Shown one piece after another: positions 43,420 through 52,285 of a stretch of DNA of 56,278 nucleotides. Origin of the DNA: a virus. Taxonomy: Duplodnaviria; Caudoviricetes. Where the stretch lies: IMG/VR virus record IMGVR_UViG_3300006916_000005, positions 1 through 56,278 of that record. One strand, written 5' to 3'. The translations under genes and the position numbers were made by a program. Every line of letters begins with the position of its first letter. The stretch's first letter is position 1. The notes below the pieces were generated by a model. The model was not told the origin of the DNA. It worked only from the letters and a program-made list of their open reading frames with translations, and did no database searches.

Positions 43420-43655
43420 CGCTTCACCACTTCGTTCGCGTAGCTGTCGATCCCACGGAGCGCGGCGGCGTAGCCCAGACAGACGAGGAAGATCGTCGAT
43501 CCGAATCCAGTCAAGGCGGACATCGTCGCGCTGTCCATGTCTCCACGGATCATCCGGTCGATGATGATCGCCGCGATCAGGGTCGCGAATATTTCAAAGC
43601 GAAGCGCCGATCGACGCTTGCCTCTCTCGACCTTCTCTTCGGTGGTCTGTTCCAT
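43416..43655 (-). CDS. Putative holin
   Basis: 79 aa, two TM segments, between endolysin and spanins. Confidence 0.6.
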   Translation of the reverse strand: MEQTTEEKVERGKRRSALRFEIFATLIAAIIIDRMIRGDMDSATMSALTGFGSTIFLVCLGYAAALRGIDSYANEVVKR

Positions 43656-43656
43656 G

Positions 43657-44391
43657 TCATGCCTCGTTCGTTGAGATCACTTCTCCGTGACTGTTCATCA
43701 GCGGGATTGGCGGGAGGGGTTTCGTGTAGGTCTTGGGCTTCCTGATTGCAAGGACGCGCCCACCAGATGAGACCGACCGACCGTCGATCCATGTGTCGTT
43801 GATCGAGTTCGACTGGTTCCCACCCCGTAGCCTGATCCTCTTCGCCTTCTTGTCGAAGCCGACGGCGGTTCCTATGTGTCCACCCTTGCCGCGAACCAGC
43901 GTGATCATCGCGCCGTAGGCGAGCGGACTTTCTTCTCCGAAGAGCGCCCAGTTCCTCGCCCAGTATGGGTTCCTTCCCAGATCGCCGGGGAACGGCTCGT
44001 CCGGGAGCGTGAGGCGGATTGCGGTCTGCATTGCGTCACCACACCACGGATAGACCGCCGGGTCTCCCAGCGTTGCTCCGTCGCTCTTGAGCCACTCCCT
44101 GAGCTTGGCGTTGTCCCGTTCCTCGTGCCAATGCATATGACGCGCCAGCTCGTTGACCCACGGGACGCCGTCTGTCAGGCTGATCTTCGGATCATCTGGA
44201 TCGGCTTCTCCCGGGAACAGGAGCGAGAGGGTGATCGGACCGATCAGCGGACGCCGCTGGAGACCACGCTTCCCCTTGAAGACGGAGATCGCCGCCTCTG
44301 TCTCTGGCCCCATGATCCCGTCCTCCGCGATCGCGAAGCTGGGTTCGTGCCGGTTCAAGGCTCTCTGGATGTCGATAGTTTTATATTGCAT
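43657..44391 (-). CDS. Endolysin: PG-binding domain plus CHAP/NlpC-like (TIGR02594-type) domain
   Basis: DGIMGPET.AAI..F; PWCG, GH.G and GGNQSN motifs. Confidence 0.85.
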   Translation of the reverse strand: MQYKTIDIQRALNRHEPSFAIAEDGIMGPETEAAISVFKGKRGLQRRPLIGPITLSLLFPGEADPDDPKISLTDGVPWVNELARHMHWHEERDNAKLREWLKSDGATLGDPAVYPWCGDAMQTAIRLTLPDEPFPGDLGRNPYWARNWALFGEESPLAYGAMITLVRGKGGHIGTAVGFDKKAKRIRLRGGNQSNSINDTWIDGRSVSSGGRVLAIRKPKTYTKPLPPIPLMNSHGEVISTNEA

Positions 44392-45233
44392 TAGTAAAAC
44401 TCCACGCTGTGGGCAAAGTTGCCAGTTCGGACGCCACCGGCGTCGATCATCTTCACGACGACCTCGTCTCCGCCCGAGACTGCGATCATCCCGAACGTCC
44501 CCGGCCCGAACCCACGGAGCGATCCGTCATGTCTGAAGCGAGCCTTTTCGACGCCTTCGATTTCGAGGACATATTGAACATCGCTCGTTGACGTCCCGGA
44601 CGTAACATATCCGCTACAATTCACGATCGCCAATGTGGCGCTCGCCGGTGCTGTGTAGACCCCTGTCGCTGGGTTGTAGATGTCGCCGAAGTCGACATCT
44701 TCAGTCAAGGCCATCGCGGTCAGGCTTGTCGGGGTCGAATATCCGACAGTTCGACCGCTCGCCATGGCGCGCGGGACCGGGTTCCCGGCGAGGACACCGA
44801 AGCGACACTTCGAGGATTTGAAGCTCATGGTGTCGGCTTGGAATTCTCTGGCTTGGGTGTACCAGTCAGCTCCGGAAGCGTCCGCCGGGACAATTCCAGA
44901 CCTTGTTCCAAACGCCGGTCTCCCGATGTCTTGCATGATGCCCCAGTCGTCGAAGGTCGTCGACGCAAGACCACTAGACAAAAGACCAAAATATCCACCG
45001 CTGCCAGCGCCCCAGTCGTTCACGTCGTCTTCGACCCACAGGAAGACCTCGTAGAGTATCCCATCCATCGAGGTCGGGATGTTCAGGTTCCGGGTCGAGG
45101 TTCCAGCATCGAAGAAGTCGAAGTCGGCGTCGAGATATTTCGTCTCTGTCTGCCAAGTCACGTCGACGGTGGTGGTTGAACCAGAGCTGACCGTCTGGTC
45201 GCTTGTTTTTGTCAGGATGGAAGCTGTAGGCAT
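44391..45233 (-). CDS. Putative receptor-binding/tail accessory protein
   Basis: 280 aa, beta-rich, C1q-like signature (Y.PATGVYTAP). Confidence 0.55.
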   Translation of the reverse strand: MPTASILTKTSDQTVSSGSTTTVDVTWQTETKYLDADFDFFDAGTSTRNLNIPTSMDGILYEVFLWVEDDVNDWGAGSGGYFGLLSSGLASTTFDDWGIMQDIGRPAFGTRSGIVPADASGADWYTQAREFQADTMSFKSSKCRFGVLAGNPVPRAMASGRTVGYSTPTSLTAMALTEDVDFGDIYNPATGVYTAPASATLAIVNCSGYVTSGTSTSDVQYVLEIEGVEKARFRHDGSLRGFGPGTFGMIAVSGGDEVVVKMIDAGGVRTGNFAHSVEFY

Positions 45234-45697
45234 TACTTATAAAACCTCGCTGAGAACCACGATCCGGACGAAAGAGCGGTGTCCGCGTTCGCATTGAACC
45301 ATGCCGCGACCGTGTCGGTGTCGGTGATCGGGAACAGGTGGGTGGTGTGGAACTTGTTATAGTCCCCATTATCGTTTGTGTTTCGAACCTTGATAGTTGA
45401 GCCGTTCAGCCAAAACCCACCTTCATAGAAGTCTGCCCCTATAGTGTCTCTCCGAGCTGACACCGTCGCGAGACAGTAGAGCGCCCCGGACGGAGCGGTG
45501 ACTGTCGTGACGGGTGTCGACAGGCTGAAGCCGCTGTCCCAGACGATCTCGTTCCATGAGATCGTCGTGTTCCCGGAAGCCGTCGTGTAAGACCAGTCCG
45601 AGTTCCTCATGACTGTGAAGCCTCCAAGAAACTCGATCACGGGCGTCGCCTTGTGGACCGAAGGCATCATGACGGCGGGGGCGATTGCTCTGTGCAT
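45233..45697 (-). CDS. Putative tail fibre accessory protein
   Basis: 154 aa, beta-rich, coupled to the fibre gene. Confidence 0.55.
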   Translation of the reverse strand: MHRAIAPAVMMPSVHKATPVIEFLGGFTVMRNSDWSYTTASGNTTISWNEIVWDSGFSLSTPVTTVTAPSGALYCLATVSARRDTIGADFYEGGFWLNGSTIKVRNTNDNGDYNKFHTTHLFPITDTDTVAAWFNANADTALSSGSWFSARFYK

Positions 45698-47205
45698 TAG
45701 GCCAGTGTCCCGATCAGCTTGTAAGTGTCAGTCGTGTTCGACGGGATCAGGGTCATCGCGGTGTTCTGCCCACCAGACGAGACCAGCGATCCGTTGCTCT
45801 CGATCGTGGCTGTCCCGGAGATCGTGATGACCCCAGCGCCGCCTTGAATGATCGTCAACGGACCGGGAGCATCGAGACCGGTGTTCAGTGTCACGGTGAT
45901 CGCGGAGGCGTTGTTCAGCTCCACCGTCCGGTTGCCCTTGAAGTCTGCCCCGGTCAGGGTCCGGCTCGTGCCTGTGTCCTCGACATAGTCGAAGGCGTCT
46001 TCGGAGGTTTCGATGACGTATCCGGAGAACCACGTTATCCGGCTGTCTTGAAGTGTGTGGGCGGTCGTGCAATCGTACTGAGCGCGAATGACCATGCCAG
46101 CGGTCAACAGGATTGGTCCGGTCGTGCAATGCCATGTGAAGCTGTCATCGTACCAAGTTTCCGCCGCGAGCGATCCATCGACCGCGATCATCGCCTTACC
46201 ATCTTCGACTGTCCCACTGAACGCGAGCTGAAGATCGAAAACCGCATATTTCCCGTCCCATGATGACGGAACCACGATCTGACCTGATCCATTGATAACG
46301 CTGTCGGGATCGAAGGCGTTAAAGCTCGATACATCATTAAAGGTCAAGATGCTGTTCGACACGCCACTGCCAGAGACGACGTTTCCTGTCAATCCGGCGC
46401 GAACGCCCTTGAACGCGACAGGGAGCGCCCCGCCGCCGGTCTTGGCTTCGGCTTGTGGACCGTCGTCATATCCGACGACGCGAAGGAACTGTGGGTTCGT
46501 GTCCGTGCCGTTGTCTGTGTTCATGAAGACACCGACCTCCAAAACGGAGGACATGCTGTTCGCTGTGTCTGTGCTGGTGAAGATCGTGTCCCAGTCGAAG
46601 CCGTTGTGGGAGACGTAGAACGTGATCGCCGACGTGACCCTCGTCACACGGAACCAGATCAGGGTGTCGAAAGGCAACGGACCGGAGCCGTCCATCGTCA
46701 CGTTCGCGTTGTTCGAGCCGAATGTGAACCGATCGGTCCCGCGATAGTTTTCCTCCCAAGTGGGAGCGATCACGTCTGTCAGTTCCCACGTGATGCTGTC
46801 GACACCATCCGAGACCATCACGCCGATCGTGTTCTTCGCCGATGCCGTGTCATCTTGGAACGTCTTCGCAGAGACGGCGAAGACCTTGTCGAAGTCGCCA
46901 GCCGCGACTGTCGCCAGAGCGGCGGACATCTCGTCGTCCGGGAGGTGTTCGATCAGCCAGTGTCCCGTCGCCGCGTCGAAGGCGTTCGAGACTGGCGTCC
47001 CGCTGTTGTAGGCTGTGAAGACGTTCCCCGGCTGGGTGAACTTGGCATGGCCCAGACCTTGGGCCAGTGGACCCTTCCCGATGAAGTCTCTGATCTCCGA
47101 CAGGTTGATCTCGCGGCTGTTCGCGCCCTGTTTAAAGTGGGCTTGCTCTGTCCCATCGAGCGGCAAGGTCGCCGTCGTGAGGTCGCTGATTTGTTTGTTT
47201 GCCAT
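45697..47205 (-). CDS. Tail fibre protein
   Basis: 502 aa; N-terminal K.ISDL..A..L.G.E anchor, lectin-like middle, C-terminal Q.GAG..TI...G.LA domain. Confidence 0.7.
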   Translation of the reverse strand: MANKQISDLTTATLPLDGTEQAHFKQGANSREINLSEIRDFIGKGPLAQGLGHAKFTQPGNVFTAYNSGTPVSNAFDAATGHWLIEHLPDDEMSAALATVAAGDFDKVFAVSAKTFQDDTASAKNTIGVMVSDGVDSITWELTDVIAPTWEENYRGTDRFTFGSNNANVTMDGSGPLPFDTLIWFRVTRVTSAITFYVSHNGFDWDTIFTSTDTANSMSSVLEVGVFMNTDNGTDTNPQFLRVVGYDDGPQAEAKTGGGALPVAFKGVRAGLTGNVVSGSGVSNSILTFNDVSSFNAFDPDSVINGSGQIVVPSSWDGKYAVFDLQLAFSGTVEDGKAMIAVDGSLAAETWYDDSFTWHCTTGPILLTAGMVIRAQYDCTTAHTLQDSRITWFSGYVIETSEDAFDYVEDTGTSRTLTGADFKGNRTVELNNASAITVTLNTGLDAPGPLTIIQGGAGVITISGTATIESNGSLVSSGGQNTAMTLIPSNTTDTYKLIGTLA

Positions 47206-47206
47206 G

Positions 47207-50200
47207 TTAAGCCTCGTCTCCGCTCATTTTGATGCCGTCGGTCCCGGACTGTTCGTCGCCGGAGGTTAGAAGGTAGTCGCCAGCCGTGTCGACCATGTCG
47301 CCGGACACGAGTTCGAGAGTGTCAAGTTTTCCTCGCGCAAACGCATAATAGGCCGAAGTCGCCAAGTTGCCAACAGTTCTCCGGCTGTAGACCCTGATCT
47401 CGACGGTCGAGCCAGTCACGCCGGTCACATCGACGACCTGTGGAGACGAAGCGCCTGTGACACCATATGTCACACTCTCGTCCACTCCGTCGATCCAGAC
47501 CTCGATGTCGTAGGTCTCCGTCTGGTCAGGCGTCTCCGTCGCGTCGTCCTCGTCTGGGATGGATGTCGCCGCCCGATTTGAGCTGACCCAGCTGACCGAC
47601 ACCGACGGATCGGAGGCGAAGTCGTGGTCCAATGTCCGGACGCTGTCCAGCTGGAGATCGCGAGGTCGAAGCGGGCGATCCGCCAGCTCGTTCAAGGTCG
47701 TCTCCGCCGCTGTCTCCGCCTCCGGGGATCGACGGACAGCGCCGGTCCGGTCGAGCATGACCGACCAGATCGAGCCGCTGTCCAAGATAGCGTCAGCCGA
47801 AGCTCCAGCGCCCAAGAGGTCAGGGTTCAGGAACCAGAGCGAACTGTCGACCGTGTGGGCGACAGGCTGGGTCCCGAGAAGGCCCCTGTGGATGTTCCCG
47901 ATGGTGTAGGTCCCGTCGAGGTTGTCGGTGACTGTCTCGTAGCCCATCCACTCGCCGTTCGCGTAGATCAGACCGGCTCCGCCGGTAGCGATCTCCGCCG
48001 CTGTTGCTGCGACAGGGATGTCGTCTGCCTGACCGATCACGTTCTGGATGACGATCCCGGTCGTGGTGTCCGTCCCGGTCGAGTAGCCTTCCTCATCGCT
48101 GTAGGCTGTGACGATGTCGCCTTGGAGTGGATAGACGATGTCGACAGGGTCCACGAAGCCAAGCTCCGAGGCGTCGACGACAGGGACCGTCGCGTCGTGG
48201 ACGAACGTGTAGGACCCGGAGGCCGTCTGCGGCTTCTCCGCGAACGGGATCGCGACGGCGTAGCCGTCGGAGACCGGTTCCTCCAGCGTCGAGCTGAAGA
48301 AGTAGGGCATCTCGACGACCTCTTGGTTCGGGATCGTGACCGGTGTCGGACGACTGTCGACCCAGCCGGTGTCGACCGGTGTCGAGAAGACCGCCGTGTT
48401 CACCGCATAGATGTCCTGAACGAGTTCCAGCGTGATGATGTTGTTGTCCAGCAATCCGAGGCTTGTCTTCTGGACCCGCATGATCAGCTCCGTGATCCCC
48501 ATCTCTGGGAAGGTGATCTTGATCACGTCTCCGACGAGAATTCCGTAGGCGTTGCGGTTCATCTTGACCGACATCCGGATCAGAGGGACCGACAGGCGGG
48601 ACAATTCACGCGCCGCCAGCTCTTGGGCTGTTTCGGAGCGATAGCAGAATGGGAACGACAGCTCCACCGTCTTCCGGCCCACCATGGAAAGGGTCGCCGG
48701 GTTCTGTTCGACCGCAACCTTCGAGCTTTCCTGATCGCGCTGGCTGTAGGAGACCTTGACCTCTGAGATCACATCCGCCCAAGAGGTCCGCTGATAGCTC
48801 ACGATCTCTTCGATGTCGTCCTCGTCGTAGACCGGAAGGGAGGCGGCGACATAGTCGTCACGGATCAAGCGAAGCTCGATCTCTCCGCTTGCGTTCTCTG
48901 CGAGGACCCCGTCGATCTGGCGGAGGATTTCCCGAAGCGTCTTCTTGCCTTCCTGTGGGGAAGAGACGACCCCGGAGACGCCATGGTTCTCACTTTGGAG
49001 CGTTATGTCCGCGTCGGTGAAGGTCGTCAAGTTCAGCTTCGTCGGGTCGATGTCCATCCCTGTCCAGTCGTCGACGATCGCCCGATAGAGCGTCTCCGCT
49101 GCGGAGGCGTCTTCCTCGTTCAACGCGGAACACTGTCCGGCGTTCCCGTTGGTCAAATAATCGGTATAGGACCCCATCAGGAATTCAGTCTTTCGGAGAC
49201 TTGGCGTCTCTCCGATGTAGTTGTTGGGGAACACGACGTGGGAGACCCCGTTGTAGGCTGGGACCAGACCGGCTCCGATGCTCGCTTCGACGTCCGGATC
49301 GACAGGCTGGGTCTCGATGCCAGCATAGAACGACACGTCCCCGATCCAGCCGCCGCCGCTCTCGTTCCCGCCGAACAGCTCCGGCTCGTTTATGTCAAAA
49401 TACTGTTCATCGTATTGAATAGCTTTTCCGGTGACACGGAAAACGTGGTTCTTGATCAGTTGCTCGTCGGTCACAGGGTATTGCATGTTTGTGAAGCTGA
49501 TGATGCCGATGGACCGCGTCCCGGCTGGGATTTGCGTCTTCGTCAGCTCTTGAAGCGCTCCGTCCACGAACGATCCGGAGGAAGTGACGAGGATTTCATA
49601 CGAATTCAGCTGAAGACGTTCAGAGACGAATTCTCCCCCTGTTCCGTTGTCTCCAGCATAGAAACGCATCTGGAACCAGAACGTCCCGGTCGTAGGGAGA
49701 AACAGGCCGCTTCCTGTCCCGTGGGCTGGCTGTTGCGCGGCGTATGCCCCATAAAGTCCATTGTCGATCGCTTCAGCTGCGAAACCGAGGTCCGTGACGA
49801 GGTTGTAATATTCCGGACTACTATCTGACACGGCGTCGAAGCTCGTGATCCAAGGATAGGTCCCCGGCCCTGTCTCCGGTGGCGTCTGCGTCGAGTTTAT
49901 GCCTCCCGTGACGGGGTCACCATAGAGTTCAATGTCTTCGTCGACGACCGACGTGATCCCGGGAGCGACCGGCTCGCTGTCGATGTAGATTTGCTTGATG
50001 AACGCCGGTCCGAGACACAAGCCCATATCGAGGGTTAGATAGTATTTATGCCCGATGATGACGTTCGTCGACGAGAACAGACCCGTCTTCTGTTTCTTCG
50101 TGATCGGGTCGGCGACATAATCCCCATACCACAGGGTGTTCGGTCCCTTGATCCGTGCGCAACCGAATAGTAACGGGACAGGCGCGTCTTCCGTCGCCCG

Positions 50201-50317
50201 GGGAAAGTTCTCCGGGTCCAGCTCGTCCGGACGTGCGTTCTCGAACTCCGGCTTCGGAGCCAGAAGAGCGGTCAGGATGAAGGAGACTGCGAATAGAGCT
50301 AGTTGCGTCCAGATCAT
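47207..50317 (-). CDS. Tail tip / central fibre protein (GTA-like Phage-tail_3)
   Basis: 1036 aa; P...E...VP.LFG...I.GPN.LWYGD, L.LIRDDY and RGLLGT.P..H motifs. Confidence 0.85.
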   Translation of the reverse strand: MIWTQLALFAVSFILTALLAPKPEFENARPDELDPENFPRATEDAPVPLLFGCARIKGPNTLWYGDYVADPITKKQKTGLFSSTNVIIGHKYYLTLDMGLCLGPAFIKQIYIDSEPVAPGITSVVDEDIELYGDPVTGGINSTQTPPETGPGTYPWITSFDAVSDSSPEYYNLVTDLGFAAEAIDNGLYGAYAAQQPAHGTGSGLFLPTTGTFWFQMRFYAGDNGTGGEFVSERLQLNSYEILVTSSGSFVDGALQELTKTQIPAGTRSIGIISFTNMQYPVTDEQLIKNHVFRVTGKAIQYDEQYFDINEPELFGGNESGGGWIGDVSFYAGIETQPVDPDVEASIGAGLVPAYNGVSHVVFPNNYIGETPSLRKTEFLMGSYTDYLTNGNAGQCSALNEEDASAAETLYRAIVDDWTGMDIDPTKLNLTTFTDADITLQSENHGVSGVVSSPQEGKKTLREILRQIDGVLAENASGEIELRLIRDDYVAASLPVYDEDDIEEIVSYQRTSWADVISEVKVSYSQRDQESSKVAVEQNPATLSMVGRKTVELSFPFCYRSETAQELAARELSRLSVPLIRMSVKMNRNAYGILVGDVIKITFPEMGITELIMRVQKTSLGLLDNNIITLELVQDIYAVNTAVFSTPVDTGWVDSRPTPVTIPNQEVVEMPYFFSSTLEEPVSDGYAVAIPFAEKPQTASGSYTFVHDATVPVVDASELGFVDPVDIVYPLQGDIVTAYSDEEGYSTGTDTTTGIVIQNVIGQADDIPVAATAAEIATGGAGLIYANGEWMGYETVTDNLDGTYTIGNIHRGLLGTQPVAHTVDSSLWFLNPDLLGAGASADAILDSGSIWSVMLDRTGAVRRSPEAETAAETTLNELADRPLRPRDLQLDSVRTLDHDFASDPSVSVSWVSSNRAATSIPDEDDATETPDQTETYDIEVWIDGVDESVTYGVTGASSPQVVDVTGVTGSTVEIRVYSRRTVGNLATSAYYAFARGKLDTLELVSGDMVDTAGDYLLTSGDEQSGTDGIKMSGDEA

Positions 50318-51136
50318 TTAGAGCCTCGTTTGGAATGGGTTTCTGGTCGGGACGTATGGGAAGCCGCCGTAGTTGCTCCCGTTTGAATAGCGGTCGATGC
50401 AATGCCCGCCGTTTGTCAGCTGGTGGTTGCATCCACGACGGACGGAGACGGCGTCCAGCGCCGCGACGTTGGGTGAGAACGGGGACGCAAGGGTGAAGGA
50501 GGTCCCGGTGTTCGAAACGATCATCCGCTGTTCGCTTGCGGCGATCATGCTTCCGCCCACACACTCGTCATCGGCGAAGACAGAGGTGTCGGCGATCGTG
50601 ACCACGTTGTCGACGATCGTGGAGATCGTCGTGTCCTGATTGTTGTCGACCGTCGTCATGTCAACCTTGCAAAACCTATCCCCGAGGACATGATTGCAAG
50701 GTCCCTGATACTTGATCCGAGGGAGCGGCTTATTGAAGATGTAGGAGAAGAGCGACGGGACGCGACACTTCGCGGTCCGGCCCTTGATCGTCCACGACAC
50801 GACCTCCCCGTCCCACAGGGTCAGGGCGTCGTTCATGTCGTTGCGGTGAACCCGGAGTATCTGGAGAGCCAGACCCGGCGGAGGGACGTTGATGCAATAG
50901 TCCGTGACCATCTGGTCCGACGCTGGCATCTCGATGTCGATCGTCAGATCGTCGTCCTCTTGGGTTCCCTCTTCGAACTCGGACCGCTTGATCGCATTGG
51001 CGACCCATGTCGCCTCCGTGTTCGTGATGCTTTCGGGAGCGCTCGTCCGGTAGTATGTCGTATAAGTCCCCACGAACCGGAACAGCTCGATCGGAGCGCC
51101 GTCCTGTGTTGATTGTTCTGTCGTCAGAACCGCCAT
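50318..51136 (-). CDS. Baseplate hub protein (DUF2163/BR0599, GTA-like)
   Basis: P.ELFRF, C.H.L.D..C.V, GC.H, C..RY.N..NYGGFP..P..NPF. Confidence 0.9.
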   Translation of the reverse strand: MAVLTTEQSTQDGAPIELFRFVGTYTTYYRTSAPESITNTEATWVANAIKRSEFEEGTQEDDDLTIDIEMPASDQMVTDYCINVPPPGLALQILRVHRNDMNDALTLWDGEVVSWTIKGRTAKCRVPSLFSYIFNKPLPRIKYQGPCNHVLGDRFCKVDMTTVDNNQDTTISTIVDNVVTIADTSVFADDECVGGSMIAASEQRMIVSNTGTSFTLASPFSPNVAALDAVSVRRGCNHQLTNGGHCIDRYSNGSNYGGFPYVPTRNPFQTRL

Positions 51137-51151
51137 CGGTTCGCCTCCTTT

Positions 51152-52285
51152 CTATCCGTCGTTCGTCGTCATCACCGTGAACGACAGGATCGACTTGGTC
51201 CCGTTGTGCTTCCACTCGCATCGGTCAGCCATTCTTCGCTTCAAGAGGTAGCTTATCCGGTCCACATTCGCAACCTTGGGATCGGAGGGGATCGCCGGGG
51301 AGACAGTCAACGTCCCTCCCGCGATGTTCGTGATCTGGTGGTTCGACGACGTCCCGTCGCTGTAGACGATCTCGATGTAGTGGTAGGTCGCGAAGTCCAG
51401 AGGAGCCTCGTTGACTATGAAGGTCGACGAGCCTTGGGTCAGGCTCCCGGAGACGGTCAGGTCCTCCAGCTGGGTCGACAGGAGAAACGCCTTCCAGTTC
51501 CCCTTGACGGTGTCAAGGAAGAGCCTCCAGTAGTCGATGTCGTCGCTGTCAGCCCGATCGACAAGGAAGGCGGCTCGCGATCCTCGTCTGATGTTGCTGT
51601 ATCTGGTCGCGATGACCCTCGCGCCGCCGTAGTCGATGACGTCCCGAGGGAACTCCGGTTCCTCCCCAGCTCCAGCCAGAACGGTCCGTTCGAGGATCGG
51701 GAGGCTGTTCAGGGTGTTCAGGGCGGCGGCTGTGCCGGTCCGCTGGACGATCGGATCGACCCAGCTGTCGAGCTGGAATTCATAGTCGCCGGTGACGGTC
51801 GACCATCCCAGCGTCCGCTTGTTCTCCCAGAGACCCACCATCGCCTTGATCGCGAACCAGCCGGTCGTGACGTTCTGGGTCAGGACGGTGTCGAGATCGA
51901 AGCCGGTGTCTGTCACGTTCGAGACGGTGTTCGTCTCTGTTGCCCTTGTTGCTGGGTTCACGAGGACGACGTAGTCGCCGTTCGCCAGCGACATCAGCGT
52001 CGTGTCGGCGGAGATCGCCGTGTTCCCTGCGGTCTGATCGGCTGTCAGCTTGGAACTCCAAGCCCACAGGGGGACGGTGTTCGGGTTCACCAGATCAGTC
52101 GCCAGAAGCGCCAAGATGTCCCGGCGCTCGTCTTGCTCCAGAGCGGCGAACTTACCCCTCTGTTGAACGCGCGGCTTGGGTCGGAGAGACATCCGGCTCT
52201 CCGTTCCGTTCCAAGTGGATATGACATCAGTCTGAAAGAGCCAGACTTCGACCAGTCCGAGGTCCGGGATTATGCCGATGCTCAT
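51152..52285 (-). CDS. Distal tail protein-like
   Basis: 377 aa after the tape measure; W.F.TDV....G.E.R..LR..PR motif. Confidence 0.7.
   Translation of the reverse strand: MSIGIIPDLGLVEVWLFQTDVISTWNGTESRMSLRPKPRVQQRGKFAALEQDERRDILALLATDLVNPNTVPLWAWSSKLTADQTAGNTAISADTTLMSLANGDYVVLVNPATRATETNTVSNVTDTGFDLDTVLTQNVTTGWFAIKAMVGLWENKRTLGWSTVTGDYEFQLDSWVDPIVQRTGTAAALNTLNSLPILERTVLAGAGEEPEFPRDVIDYGGARVIATRYSNIRRGSRAAFLVDRADSDDIDYWRLFLDTVKGNWKAFLLSTQLEDLTVSGSLTQGSSTFIVNEAPLDFATYHYIEIVYSDGTSSNHQITNIAGGTLTVSPAIPSDPKVANVDRISYLLKRRMADRCEWKHNGTKSILSFTVMTTNDG

Noticed and set aside
44391-50317. Diversity-generating retroelement or invertible tail-fibre switch
   Set aside because: No reverse transcriptase, invertase or template/variable repeat pair seen
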